A stretch of 64,000 nt of DNA from positions 62,248,001-62,312,000 of the forward strand of contig NC_042997.1 in NCBI RefSeq assembly GCF_006345805.1. The letters are read 5' to 3'. The stretch comes from Octopus sinensis. Lineage: Eukaryota. Under the pieces are notes generated by a model. That model searched no databases, had not been told where the DNA came from, and worked only from the letters and a program-made list of their open reading frames with translations. Of this stretch, positions 1 to 11,910 are shown piece after piece. The translations under genes were made by a program, and so were the position numbers. Every line of letters starts with the position of its first letter. The first letter of the stretch is position 1.

Positions 1-37
1 GCATCCATATAGTAGAATGAAAGCAGAAGCACACACA

Positions 38-262
38 TGTGTATGTATGTATGTATGTATGTATGTATGTATGTATGTATGTATGTATGTATGTATGTAT
101 GTATGCATGCATGCATGCATGCATGTATGTATGTATGTATGTATGTATGTATGTATGTATGTATGTATGTTTGTTTGTTTGTTTGCTTGTTTGTTTGTAC
201 GTACGTATGTATGTATGCATTCAGGTAGGTAGGTAGGTATGTAGGTAGGTAGGTAGGTAGGT
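38..262. repeat. Compound (TATG)n/(TTTG)n/(TAGG)n microsatellite
   Basis: Direct tetranucleotide runs; explains ORFs 17..232, 37..228 and 39..236. Confidence 0.97.
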
Positions 263-291
263 ATATACTAGACAACACATGGTATAACTTT

Positions 292-625
292 AGAGCATGT
301 AACTTATAATTCAAAGCTAATTGCAGAGTTGTTAGAGTAAATAAGGGATTAATAAGTTATGCATAAAATCTCTTACAGCCGTTTCTAGAATAGCTGTGCA
401 TAAGGTGCATAACTCATTGAGGAAAGATTTCAATACAAAAGCCAACGATGCAGTCTTCAGAGAAGAAGAATTAAGAAATGTCCTTAATAAAGGATATTAG
501 TAGAACTTGTAACTACTAACATCTTTTACTAAGGATATTCATTAATTTTATCCTTTATGCATAACTTCTTAATCTCTAACGACTCTGCAATTATGTTTGA
601 ATTATAAATTATATGCCACATGTTC
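292..625. repeat. Decayed fold-back element with a hammerhead-like remnant on the - strand (464-370)
   Basis: About 292-370 is an imperfect reverse complement of about 553-625. The - strand reads TTCT-CTGAAGA(460-454)...GAA-ACGGCTGT-A-AGAG; stem II closure is degraded. Confidence 0.6.
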
Positions 626-904
626 TGCTTGTTAATTTTTCCTTTTTAATATATACCTACCCGCTCAATGATGAACTACTTATAACCATTTATTGCTAAG
701 ATAAAAACAATACCACTTTTGTTTTAGTCGCAGTTCAAGTAGGAGCTTTAGTGGTATACCAACCTGAGCTCTTATAATACTTATTACATTAGTTATTAGA
801 TGCAACTTTAGGTAGGTAGGTAGGTAGGTAGGTAGGTAGGTAGGTAGATAGGTAGGTAGGTAGGTAGGTAGGTAGGTAGGAGGCAGGCAGGTAGGTAGGT
901 AGGC

Positions 905-1560
905 ACTTGCACAATCACTCATCGGAGTGTAGGGAGGATCGACAGGTCATCGGAGTTAAAATATTTTGACTCACTGGTTGCGGAGAAGAAAGTGGCGTCA
1001 GCAAAAGATATCAACTGTCAAAGCGGGTCTGCGACTTCTGCGTTCCGATTCCTTCGATGGTATGTATGGAAGAAGCACAACATCTTCTTAAGGACTAAAA
1101 TCTTTCTTTTCTGTACGGTGGTTCTACTTGTTCTCCTCTACAGCACTGGCACCTGGACCATCCTCAAACAAGATCTGAACAAGATCAAGGTGTCCCAAAT
1201 TTCATGTCTTCGTCAGGTCCTTTCTATGCGACCGAGTCTTAAACAACAACATCCGAAAATAATGCCAGCAGCAGCCGATTATCGAAACCAAACCAGGCAG
1301 CGTATGCTACAGTGGTTTAGCCACGTCTGCATGATGAGCATATGAAGACTATCACATCAACTTGAGTGGCCGCAGCGACTAGAGATTCCAGCACAGCGTG
1401 CCAAAGAAGACAGGGGTGAAACAAATTGAGGAAGACCTGAAGTCGCTGCGCCTCGACCTCAAGCATGTAAAGGTCAGCGCCATGGATCGAAAGCGTGGAA
1501 TAACATCATCACTCAAGTCAATCACCCAGCAGCAACCAGCAGTGTATTAGTTGAGAGGAC
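905..1560 (+). mobile_element. RTE-clade LINE, degenerate post-RT fragment
   Basis: ORF 992..1345 SATSAFRFLRWYVWKKHNIFLRTKIFLFCTVVLLVLLYSTGTWT resembles the RTE thumb region (ASxAFxxL..VW....TK..Y...VL..LLY..ETW). Confidence 0.8.
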
Positions 1561-3021
1561 ATTCTCTCCTCTGGTCGCCAGCTAGGGATTAAAGAATAAT
1601 AATAAGGTAGAGAAGTACGTACGTGCATAAATCTATACATACGGAAGAAAGTTCCTGACCTGAACATATACATACTCTCACTTGAATATAGGGAATACAA
1701 TTTAACGCACACACATACACACACACAAACACACATGCACACACACACATACACACATACACTCATATGCACAAATGCATAAACAGTAATGAAGCACATA
1801 CACGCGTTTATTAAAATGACATGCATGCCCAGAGGAAAGGAAGTTTATCCACGCACGCACCAACGAACTAAACAGGACCGGTATAAATTTTGCATTGGTA
1901 AAAGTTTACAACATATAAGCATAAATATGCATAAACTTACCACCCCCACACATAATGTATATGTGCAAGATAATACACACACACAGATACATACACGTAT
2001 ACATATACACATACATTGACGCATACATATATGCATACACACCTACATGCATATATGCATAAAAGTGCGTGCATATATCTGCATAGGTATGCACATACAT
2101 ACATGCGTACGTACGTATATAGATACATACATACATACATATACATATATACATTGTGTATTAGATTCAGATTAGACATAGATAACAAACAATTCAAGTT
2201 TATTTATATGGATATTGTTTTAAGCCGCTATTATTTGTTCTTATTTTCGATTCTGTATTTTCTTTTACTTACCACAGTTAACACCAACCCACCCCTTTAT
2301 TTTTATGTCCCCTGAAGGCTAAATACATTTATGAAGAAAAGAACATTTCAACTGTCAGCAAGATTTGTGAATGAAATGAAATTTTAAACTCTACACACCT
2401 CAAAAGACCTTGTTTATGTTAGAGAAAGCACCATATTTTGTATACCCCATCATAGCCAACAAACAAGAAAAGGCGTGAACGCTGTTTCTGTCACGTTTTG
2501 TCTATGGATTATTTGTGCGTCATCGACATAATCCCCAAAGGTACTGAAGGTAGGAATAAGGACTTTACTTATTTGCGATTGTGAAGTAAAACAAGAACAA
2601 CATTGCTATTTTAATAGTCTGAGATATTTTGATTTTGCTTTTCTTAGCAATTACTTAGTTATTAAGTACGTGTACGAGATCTTTTTAGGATTTCATATGT
2701 TCAATGAGCTATATGTTATATGAACAGTGAAATCAGTGAAACGGAGAATGAAATGCATTAACAATAAATTGCAACTTTGTTGGTCTAGCCAATGAGGTAG
2801 TCTTTCTGGAGGATAGATTCTTCCTGTGAGTAATAGCAGCTAGATTTCTCCAAACTCACTTGATATCTTTAAAAAGTAACTAAAGCGCATATTGGATAAT
2901 TTAGTCCTACACGACCAATGTTTGATATACTGGATGGCTGCAATAACCACGATATATCTGTTTAATTGAACATTGTTTAAAATTATTGTAACAGTGCATA
3001 CATATAACGTACATACATGCG

Positions 3022-3053
<32 letters not shown>

Positions 3054-3299
3054 TGTATGTATGTATGTATGTATGTATGTATGTATGTATGTATGTATGA
3101 ATGAATGTATATGTACATATATGTATACATATATATGTAGGTAGCAACGTAGTTTCCTTTGTTGCTATGAAAGTTAGTCCCCAGTGGAATATACATAAAA
3201 TAGTAACTACAAAACACTAATTTTTGAAAACTCTTTTTCTATTGGCAATACTAGTCTGTATATATCTGTTCATAGGCATTATATATGCATCTTACTTCA

Positions 3300-3560
3300 T
3301 GATAGGTAAACCAAAATTCCAAACGAAGTTAAAAATCAGAAAAAAGAGCAGAACTTACCTGACTGGCAGGAGAAGGCGTTGCATGTTGGATTCCCAAAGA
3401 TAGTCGCAGCAAATAGTAGTAGTGAGACATGGTTACGCTTGCAGAAAGCTGGAAAGGGAGAGAGAATTTGTTAGTAGCAGCACATGATCAAGCATTAAGG
3501 GCTAATTGGATAAACGCCAAGATAGATAAAAACCAAGTAGATTCCCGATGTAAGTTTACC
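3300..3560 (+). mobile_element. R4/Dong-like non-LTR fragment (pre-zinc-knuckle region)
   Basis: WQEKALH...LLVAAHDQALRANWINAKIDKNQVDSRCK parallels WQEKPLH...FLIAAQDQSLPTRNY of the copy at 63198. Confidence 0.7.
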
Positions 3561-3564
3561 ATCT

Positions 3565-3860
3565 CCTTCGTTTATCCCCAGGTATTTGTAATTTTCCTGT
3601 GGGTCAAGCTCCTTGATGGTATTGTCGGCATCTAATTTAATGGAAGCTGTTTGCCTGAGCTTGCCTCTTACAAAAGTTGGTTTAGCACACTTGTCAAGGC
3701 CAAAGTCCATCCCGATGTCATTGTTGAATTCTTTAACAGTTGTTAGTAGCCCTACTAGCAAACGGCTTTAGATCGTCCTTATAAAACAGATAGTTTATTG
3801 TCGTATTGCAAACTTTGAACCCATACCTGGTGTTATTTAGTTCGTTTGAGAGTGGGGACC
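3565..3860 (-). mobile_element. R4/Dong-like RT fragment, diverged subfamily
   Basis: ORF 3495..3761 IGMDFGLDKCAK...IKELDPQENYKYLGI is homologous to IDMKFGLEKCAK...IKELDQSQTYKYLGI of the young copies. Confidence 0.8.
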
Positions 3861-3865
3861 AATGC

Positions 3866-3866
<1 letters not shown>

Positions 3867-3937
<71 letters not shown>

Positions 3938-3954
3938 CATCATTATTATTATTC
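3867..3954. repeat. (ATT/TAA)n tract at the 3' end of the R4 copy
   Basis: Direct trinucleotide run. Confidence 0.97.
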
Positions 3955-4101
3955 AGTAGTTTTATTTTTATAGCGTGCTTTCACTTCACTACCGAGCGCA
4001 GCTCTGTGTGCCTTGGGTATGTGCTGTGATTTGTTGTGATGCTCTGATGGTTATTGTATGGAAAGTGTTCTGCGTAGGATGTGTGCATAATATTATTATT
4101 A

Positions 4102-6847
4102 TTGTCAGCTTCCTTAAATACTGAGAACAGTTTTTTGTTTTGCTCGTGTTTTGCTGCTATCTGGATCAGTTTTCCTTCCTTCTGAAGTAGGTATTTTTGC
4201 AGTCCTATGGTGGTTATTTTATAGTAGTTTTCCAGCTGTAATAAGGCCTCTACCACCTTCTATACGTTGTATATATAGTCTTTCTATGTCAGATTTTGGG
4301 TGATGCATCCTAGATCCTGTCAGTATTTTTCTTGTTTTCCTATCTATTTTGGACAGTTCATTTCGTGTCCAGTTAAGGATATTGTAGCTGTAACTTATAA
4401 CTGGGACAGCTAAAGTGTTGATACCTATTATCTTGTTTTTAGCATTGAGCTCTGTGTTTAGTATTGATCTAACTCATCTATAATATTCTTTTTTTATTTT
4501 CTCTTTCATTTGTGTGTGTTGTGTCTTATCTAGTTCATGGATTCCTAAGTATTTGTAAGTTTGGCTTTGGTCTAATTCTTTTATTTCATTGGTTTTATCT
4601 AGTGTTATGTTGTTACTCTTAACTAGTTTTCCTCTTTTCATGGTTACTTTGGCGCATTTTTCTAATCCAAATTTCATATCTATTTCTTTGGTAAATCCAT
4701 GAACTGTCTTTAATAGTGTTTCCAGCTGTTTGTCATTTGCAGCGTATAGTTTTAGGTCATCCATATATAAAAGGTGGCTGATCGTTTTGCCGTAACATTT
4801 ATATCCGCATCCAGTTCTATTCAGCATATCAGATAGAGGTGACAGTGCCAAGCAGAAAAGGAGTGGAGAGAGCGTGTCTCCCTGGAATATTCCTCTTCTA
4901 ATGGGGATGTCTTTGGTTTTCATGAGTCCCTCTTTTGTTTGGAGGTGTAGGACTGTTTGTCAATATTCATAGAGTGCTCTATGAATTTTATGATGTTGGT
5001 GCTACTTTGTTAATGGCTAGTGTTTCGAGGATCCATGTGTGGGGGATGCTATCAAACGCCTTTTTGTAGTCAATCCAGGCCATACTGAGGCCTTTCTTCT
5101 TTCTGTGGCTGTCTTCAGTAACGGCTTTATTAATCATTAGTTGATCTTTACAGCCATATGAGCCTTTGCGGCATCCTTTCTGCTCTTCTGGGAACAGTTT
5201 GTTTTCGTCCAGGTGCTTGTTTAGCCTTTGCGATATCACTGCAGTAAATGCCTTGAAGATAGTAGGGAGGCAGGTTATTGGTCTGTAGTTTTCTGGTTTT
5301 GTTGTTTCATTTGATTTGGGAATTAAGATGGTTTTCCCCTTCGTGAGCCATTCAGGCATTGTCTCTGGCTCTGCTAGTATGCTGTTAAAGTTTTCAGCCA
5401 GCTTTTTGTGCATTCCTGTTAGATATTTCAACCAGAAGTTGGGGATCTTGTCATGCCCAGGTGCCTTCCAGTTGCTTAGTTTTTGCAGTGCCTGGATGAC
5501 CTCTTCAGTTGTTATGGGGGTCCAAAGTTGTTCAGATGCCGAGTTTGTTATTTTGGTACTCCTTTTTTTTGGTTGTTCGTTCGCCGACCATACTTCTCTC
5601 CAGAATTCTTCCAATTCTTCTGCCGTTGGTGCTGCAGTGACTTCTATTTTATTTTTCCCCAGTTCTTGGTAGAACTTTTTGGGGTTGGAGTTGAACTTTT
5701 TGTTCTGTTCAAAGAAGCGTTGGCGTTTCTCGTACCGGCGGATCCTTTGAGCTTTGGCAAGGATATCTTGCTTCAGCTTTTCTTTTATCTCCGGCAAATC
5801 TTTTTCTGTGATGTTATATTTGCGGAGCATTTTTGTTCTCTTTTAGTTGCTCAGTAGCGTTGCTTGTTTGCTGATTTCATTAAGAATCGACAGGTCTTTT
5901 CTAATTTTTTAAATTTTGTTTTGGATGTTATTTATCCACAGGGTTTGTTTGGGTGGTGGTACTCCTGTTTGGGCGGGTTTGGGTGAGTATCCAGCTTCTT
6001 TTGTGGCTGCAGTGGCTGCTGCGTATATCAAGTCATTTAGTTCAGTGATATCACTTTTTTTTGTTTCAGTGGCTAGTTCAGTGACGGCTAGGTTTATGTT
6101 GTTTATAATTGGTGTTGTTATTGCGTTTATTTTTATTCTTGGGAGGTATGGTCGGTGGTCCATTTTGGGCTCTGTGGTTTTCAGTTCTTTGATTATTTTA
6201 TTTTTTATATTATCATAATCATTAGGCTCCCCTTCGTTGTTTACATCGTGTTTGTTGGGAATGTTGCGTTTATCTTCGTGTTCTACAGTTTCAGTGTTTA
6301 TATTATTGGGCATTGTTGTGTGGCTTCTATCTACATTTTTCTGGTGTATTTTTTCTTTTAAATGTTCTATTTCTATTTCTGACATTTTTTTGGCTTTGAG
6401 AATGTATCTTCGTACGTTAGCTAATTTATTAGGGTTCATTGCTGTATCCAAGTCTATATCTCTATTATTTTCCTTCCATATTTTATATGTATGTGTTGTT
6501 GTATTTTCATTTTTTGGGTAGAGCATTGCTGCGAAGTATGCGTGTAAGATAGAAATGTATTCCTCACGTGTCCATTTACGTCTTTTGGGTTTTATTTGCG
6601 GGACATGAGGTACAACGTCCGGCCCATTATTTTGACGGTCGTCATTTTCGTAGGGTACCGGTCCGTTTATTTCTGTTGTCACATTATTTCGCACGTGTAG
6701 TTTTTCGTACATTTTTTGTTGTAGGTTTAATGTACGTACCGCTCGATTGTTATTCTTGGGTTGAATAGTATCGGTGGCATTTAATTTCTTCGTAGTTCCT
6801 TTGTACATGGTGTTTGAGGTCGGGGATGATCGTGTTGTTCCACGCAT
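4102..6847 (-). pseudogene. Disabled single ORF of the R4/Dong element (N-domain + RT)
   Basis: In-frame TAA at 5911-5909, two 1-nt deletions near 4960-5000 relative to the 61-64 kb copy, and CGA>TGA at 4476-4474. Confidence 0.85.
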
Positions 6848-7055
6848 GTTTACATGTGTTGTGTTAGAGGTGGAGATAATATCGAGTCAAAATACATCAT
6901 TTCGTTTCGAAAATAGTAATAAATTTCAATTAGTATTACTTACTCGGATATAGTCCAATTCTTTGTTAGTAAATCTTTGGCTCCATAGGGTGTCCTTGTT
7001 TTCGATGTTTGTGGATAGATTTCGGAGCTCTGTATTTTCCTTCTTACATCTTAAA

Positions 7056-7148
7056 CGTCCCCGGTGTTCTCTCCGTCCCCGGTGTTCTCTCCGTCCCCGG
7101 TGTTCTCTCCGTCCCCGGTGTTCTCTCCGTCCCCGGTGTTCTCTCCGT
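7056..7148. repeat. 18-bp tandem repeat x5 (CGTCCCCGGTGTTCTCTC) at the 5' terminus of the R4 element
   Basis: Five perfect units starting at 7056, 7074, 7092, 7110 and 7128, plus CGT, directly abutting (TTA)n. Confidence 0.97.
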
Positions 7149-7168
7149 TATTATTATTATTATTATTA

Positions 7169-7203
<35 letters not shown>

Positions 7204-7261
7204 TGTTGTTGTTGTTGTTGTTGTTGTTGTCGCTGCTACTGTTGTTGTTGTTGTTATTTTC

Positions 7262-7735
7262 CTGTATACACAACAGATTAGACTGTTGGAAAAGAAAAAG
7301 TCCTAACATCGGGCTACAACCTGTAACCTTACATGCCAAGAATCTTCCTTAGTATCATAGCTGTCCTTAATAACACTGTTTTCTGCAACTGTAGTAAACT
7401 GGATTTTATGCCTATTTCTTCTATCCATCTGTTCAGATCTTTAGGAATAGTCCTAATGCACCTATAACTACTGGGATACATTTCCATAATCTTTATAATT
7501 CAATCTCTAGGTCCTGATATTTGCTATTATTTCAATACCTCTCATATAGATTTTAACATCATTTGAAACTGCTAAGTCAATTATCTGGTACCTTCTATTC
7601 TCTTTATCTTCTAAATCAGGCCTTCTAGCTTCTATTACTCTGTCAATCTGAATGTTAAAGTCCCACATCTTGTATGCTTTACTTTCTAGTACTTTACTAG
7701 GTCTATGTTTATACCATTTGACACACCGCCTGAGA
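7262..7735 (-). mobile_element. R4/Dong-like 3' fragment (third subfamily)
   Basis: The - strand encodes KYQDLEIEL..LWKCIPVVIGALGTIPK...LQKTVLLRTAMILRKILGM*, then a 3'UTR and (CAA)n(TAA)n. Confidence 0.8.
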
Positions 7736-7985
7736 AATTAGGCTTCTCAAAACCAGAAAGTAGAAAGCTAATTCGAAGGCTGCAGATTCAAATCATCACT
7801 GAAACTATAAAATTCTATAAAACTTTCCAGAACTTTATCATTTAAATATACATATGAGCATGTCTATATATGTAACATACATACATACATACATGCATGC
7901 ATGCATACATACATACATACATACATACATACATACATACATACATACATACATGCATACATGCATACATACATACATACATACA

Positions 7986-8017
<32 letters not shown>

Positions 8018-8289
8018 ATACAAATATACCCTGTTGTTGATGATGAAATTCCAATGAAGGAACCTTGGATCTAGGTTAGAAACCAGTTCTCTATTGGCAA
8101 GAAATCTTGAAATAAATTGAATAATGACATACGTACATACATACATACATATATACATACATACATACATACATACATACATACATACATACATACATAC
8201 ATACGATCTTCTTTCAGTTTCTGTGTACCAAATCTACTCACAAGGCTTTGGGTGGCCCGGGACTATAGTAGAAGTCACTTGACCGATGT

Positions 8290-8815
8290 GCTACACAATG
8301 TGGCAAAAGAGGCTGTGTGGTGGACCCATTTGAAATGTTTGAAGACAGGCACATTCCTATCTGCTCAAGCCTTCATCAATTTCATTTCAAGAGGAAGATG
8401 AGGGTAAAGAGGAACGCGCTGCCTGCTAGTGTGTTTATCAAAAGGTGGTCGACAGTGGAAAGGCTGGTGAGACTGAATGTATCTACCCTGAATATGCTTT
8501 CCTAAGAAGGAGGAAAGAAACTGGAAGAAGGCCCTTTCCTATGCTTTGAAGATGGCAGAGTAATCCGGGATTTTTGTGTAAAGTTTACCCCGGATAACCC
8601 TAAGTGGACTGCCCCGCTATTGGGGATTCTATTTCATTATCTAATTATTTATTTATTTATATATTATTTCTCTACTTTCTATTATAATCTTTTAATGTGG
8701 TAGTATCTCCCTTTGAGTGATGTTAAGCCCCACATGTTTTTATAATTCTTTTGTGCTGTAACTCGTCCTTCGATATTGTCCTCCATGGCTTGGACCCTTG
8801 TAGCCAATAAAAGAA
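8290..8815 (+). mobile_element. L1/Tx1-like LINE 3' end, adjoining a partial SINE (8205-8290, -)
   Basis: VAKEAVWWTHLKCLKTGTFLSAQAFINF / KRKMRVKRNALPASVFIKRW resemble a Tx1 ORF2 C-terminus; AATAAA at 8806-8811. Confidence 0.6.
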
Positions 8816-8859
8816 ATCCTCATCATCATAGTCATCACAATCATCATCATCATTGTTGT

Positions 8860-9390
8860 TGTTGTGATATAACTCTTCAACATTTGGTAGATTGAGGTGA
8901 ATTTCTACAGCATCAGCTGAGGTGTGTGCAGCGATGTGTTCTTTTCTGCTGATAGGTGTGTGTACAAATTTTCCCTGTACTGTATTGTGTTAGTTTTTTT
9001 CCTGCTGAGGTGTAGTGCAATTTTTTGTTGTGTTACTACTTGTTTATGTATTGAGTGTGTAATACATTGGTTATCTAGATTGCAGGTGGAAGTTTATTTG
9101 ACTGGGTAATCGCTATATAGAATGCATCTTGTGTCTGTGGGTTGTTTTGTTTAGGTTGTATTATTGGATTGATAATGTCTTGCGTAGAGCTAATAACAGC
9201 TATTGTTTGGATAGTGTGTGGTGTTGAGAATCCAGGCATAGCTTCTACGTTTTTGTTCATATGTTTTTTATCATGACTAATGTTCCAATTATTATTGATA
9301 TTTTTTACCTACATGCTCTTCATCTTGAATACTGCAATTTCAAGATCTTTGTACTTGGACAATTTCTCCACCTCACCTCTTTTTCGTCAA
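8860..9390 (-). mobile_element. 5'-truncated R4/Dong-like 3' fragment
   Basis: EKLSKYKDLEIA...AMPGFSTPHTIQTIAVISSTQDI matches the C-terminus of the R4 ORF; preceded by (TAA)n(GAA)n. Confidence 0.65.
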
Positions 9391-9430
9391 GATTCTTCTT
9401 CTTCTTCTTCTTCTTCTTCTTCTTCTTCTT

Positions 9431-9461
<31 letters not shown>

Positions 9462-9464
9462 TTA

Positions 9465-9530
<66 letters not shown>

Positions 9531-9690
9531 TGAAAGAATCTCGGATAGTTCTTAATTACCGGTTGTTCTTTACTTGAAAGCAGGCAATAACAAATCTCCA
9601 AAAGTTTCAAGTAGTGTCTTCTTCTGTGACTCAAAGAGACAATACTCTCCATAGAATGTAAGCTGTACCCAACAATGCTATCTTCTTGAT
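9531..9690 (-). mobile_element. Very short R4/Dong-like 3' end flanked by TAA/CAA tracts
   Basis: KIALLGTAYILWRVLSL* corresponds to KIALLGTAHILRRTL of the young family, followed by a 3'UTR and (TAA)n. Confidence 0.75.
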
Positions 9691-10120
9691 CACTATTATT
9701 GCTATTATTATTGCTGTTGTTGTTGTTGTTGTTGTTAAAAGTGGTTTATAAGGAATGCATTCATCTTCTATATTATGGGCTGGCAAACGAAATTCATATA
9801 AGATATTTTCTTTTCTCTGAATCACAGTTAAGATATTCAATTTAATTAACCTACCTATTGATAATTAGTAGCAAGGTGTCTTTCTCGTTAAAAAAGCCGG
9901 TTTTCTTGCCTCTTTCATTGTGTTCTGATTCATGTACATGTACACAAACAAAATGCTAGCATGTCTGTACCTGCATATAAGCATTTAGTACATGCTAAAC
10001 GTCTAAGATGTTTTACATATTTTGACAGAGATTTTAATGATTGTAGCGGTAATCTCATAATTAGGTATGCTATTTTTCAAGGGTCATTCTTTGGAATTTA
10101 AACAACACCAACAGAAATAA

Positions 10121-10252
<132 letters not shown>

Positions 10253-10437
10253 TGAGCACCCATGTGTGTACAAGTACATCTACGTAAATGCACACGGCTG
10301 TTAAGTAGAAGAATCGTTAGAACATCGGAGAAAATACTTTACTCTGGCTTCCGAGCTCTCGGTTCCAACTCCATCTTGGCCAAACTAGCTTATCATCATT
10401 TCCAGTCGGTCGATAAATGATGCATCCTTTAAGTCCT

Positions 10438-10707
10438 GGCTTCTTCTTCTTCTTCTTCTTCTTCTCTTCTTCTTCTTCTTCTTCTTCTTCTTCTTCTTCT
10501 TCTTTCTTCTTCTTTCTTTTTCTTCTTCTTCTCTTCTTCTCCTTCTCTCCTCTCCTCTTCTTCTTCTTCTTCTTTTCTTCTTCTTTCTTCTTCTTCTTCT
10601 CTTCTTCTTCTTACTCTTCCTCGTCTATTCTCTTCCTATTCTCGTCTTCTTCTTCCTTCTTCTTCTTCTTCCTTCTTTTTTTATTCTTCTTCTTCTTCTT
10701 CTTCTTC
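10438..10707. repeat. Degenerate (TTC)n polypyrimidine tract
   Basis: Direct observation. Confidence 0.95.
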
Positions 10708-10744
10708 ATGATGCTGACACCCTAACCACTAAGCCACGCGCCTC

Positions 10745-10787
<43 letters not shown>

Positions 10788-10908
10788 TATATGTATATAT
10801 GTATATAAGTATGTGTATATATATATATACACATATTTATGTTATTATATGATTGAATGCCACGCATCCTTTCCATATATAAATATATATATATATGTGT
10901 ATATATAC

Positions 10909-10957
<49 letters not shown>

Positions 10958-11019
10958 TGAGAAAGTTGATGTGTGAAAGCACGTGGTTGAATATATAGAA
11001 AATAGTAAAAAGTGAAAAA

Positions 11020-11440
11020 AACTACAGAAAGCTTGTTTTAAAAGGTTAAAAAATATTATTTGAGTCAATATGTCTGAAGAATGTTATAAATTTTTTTCAT
11101 ACAATGACATATTTTGAAGAAATGACCGGTTTCGCGTTCAGCTTTTCAAATTTCTTACATCGTTATGTTTAGTTTTGGAAGAGTTATCGTTATGTTTACG
11201 TTGAGAAGAGTTCCAGATAAGGGGAGGTAATAAGTGATTTCTTCCGGTGTAAGGGAGATAATCGCTTAAACTTTCTTGCCTTTCTTTTGGAGTGAATTTC
11301 TCTGTATATGTATGTTGGAATGGTTAAGTTTGGGCTTATATTTTTCAATCAAGAATGTTTCCTTGTTTAGTCTAATTTGTGTTGGTGTTCCGATAGCACA
11401 TTGGTAAAATGGAAAGATTAAAAATCATCGTTGATGATCT
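11020..11440 (-). mobile_element. Penelope-like element 3' fragment (GIY-YIG C-terminus + 3' region with half-hammerhead GAA-ACCGGT-C)
   Basis: The - strand encodes PFYQCAIGTPTQIRLNKETFLIEK, homologous to PFYQCAIGTPTQVILNKEAYFIEK at about 47.1 kb. The downstream non-coding sequence also aligns with 47350-47480. Confidence 0.75.
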
Positions 11441-11497
11441 TTTTCTTGCATACGGCCGGCTACCTAGCAGTCCAGCCCTGCCAATATACACACATAT

Positions 11498-11542
<45 letters not shown>

Positions 11543-11601
11543 TACACACACACCCATAGACACACACCTACTTTGGCCATCATCTTATCTATCATCTAGA
11601 C

Positions 11602-11910
11602 CAGGATTTCTCAACCATTTTTTTATCTGTGGACCCCTTTGTTTACTGTTTTATTCTGGTGGACCCCATAGCTATTCGATGTTTAAAAATTAGTTTTATA
11701 GAAACTTATTTCAAAATTCCTATTTTGTTATTCGAGAAAGAAATTTAGCTGTTTCTTGAAATACATACCAATACATACATCAAAAGCAAAATTTTCGCAA
11801 GGTCCCTTAAAATACTTTTGGGGTTCCACAATTTACTATTTTGTTGCGTGGACCATAATAATCTTATATGAACCCTCAGTGGCCGTATGGACTCCGATTG
11901 AAAACCACTG
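11602..11910. mobile_element. hAT (Charlie-like) MITE
   Basis: TIRs CAGGATTTCTCAACC / GATTGAAAACCACTG; perfect 8-bp TSD ATCTAGAC at 11594-11601 and 11911-11918. Confidence 0.9.

Larger units (their letters stand above)
3955..7148 (-). mobile_element. R4/Dong-clade non-LTR retrotransposon, 5'-complete, with an internal deletion of the zinc-knuckle/restriction-like endonuclease region
   Basis: N-terminal RRKWTREE domain (ORF 5909..6847); RT motifs NYRPITCLPT, IDYKKAFDSIPH, GIFQGDTLSPLLF, YMDDLKL; ORF end TAHILRRTL plus 3'UTR at 4087-3955; (TAA)n on both sides; near-identical to 61327-64000. Confidence 0.9.

Noticed and set aside
2450-2530. Further hammerhead-like remnants (TCGATGA...GAAACAGCGT on -; also about 12690-12740 and 13585-13630)
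   Set aside because: The cores carry two or more changes. They are compatible with decayed PLE motifs but too weak to call individually.
5316-5857. Antisense ORFs over the R4 copies (also 61358..61900 and 63711..63983)
   Set aside because: They are shadow frames of the A-rich retrotransposon ORF.
6848-7055. HDV-like ribozyme in the R4 5'UTR, as found in R2 elements
   Set aside because: I could not find the nested double-pseudoknot pairings by eye. A descriptor search would be needed.
7056-7148. Possible CRISPR array
   Set aside because: The repeats are contiguous with no spacers, there are no cas genes, and the context is eukaryotic.
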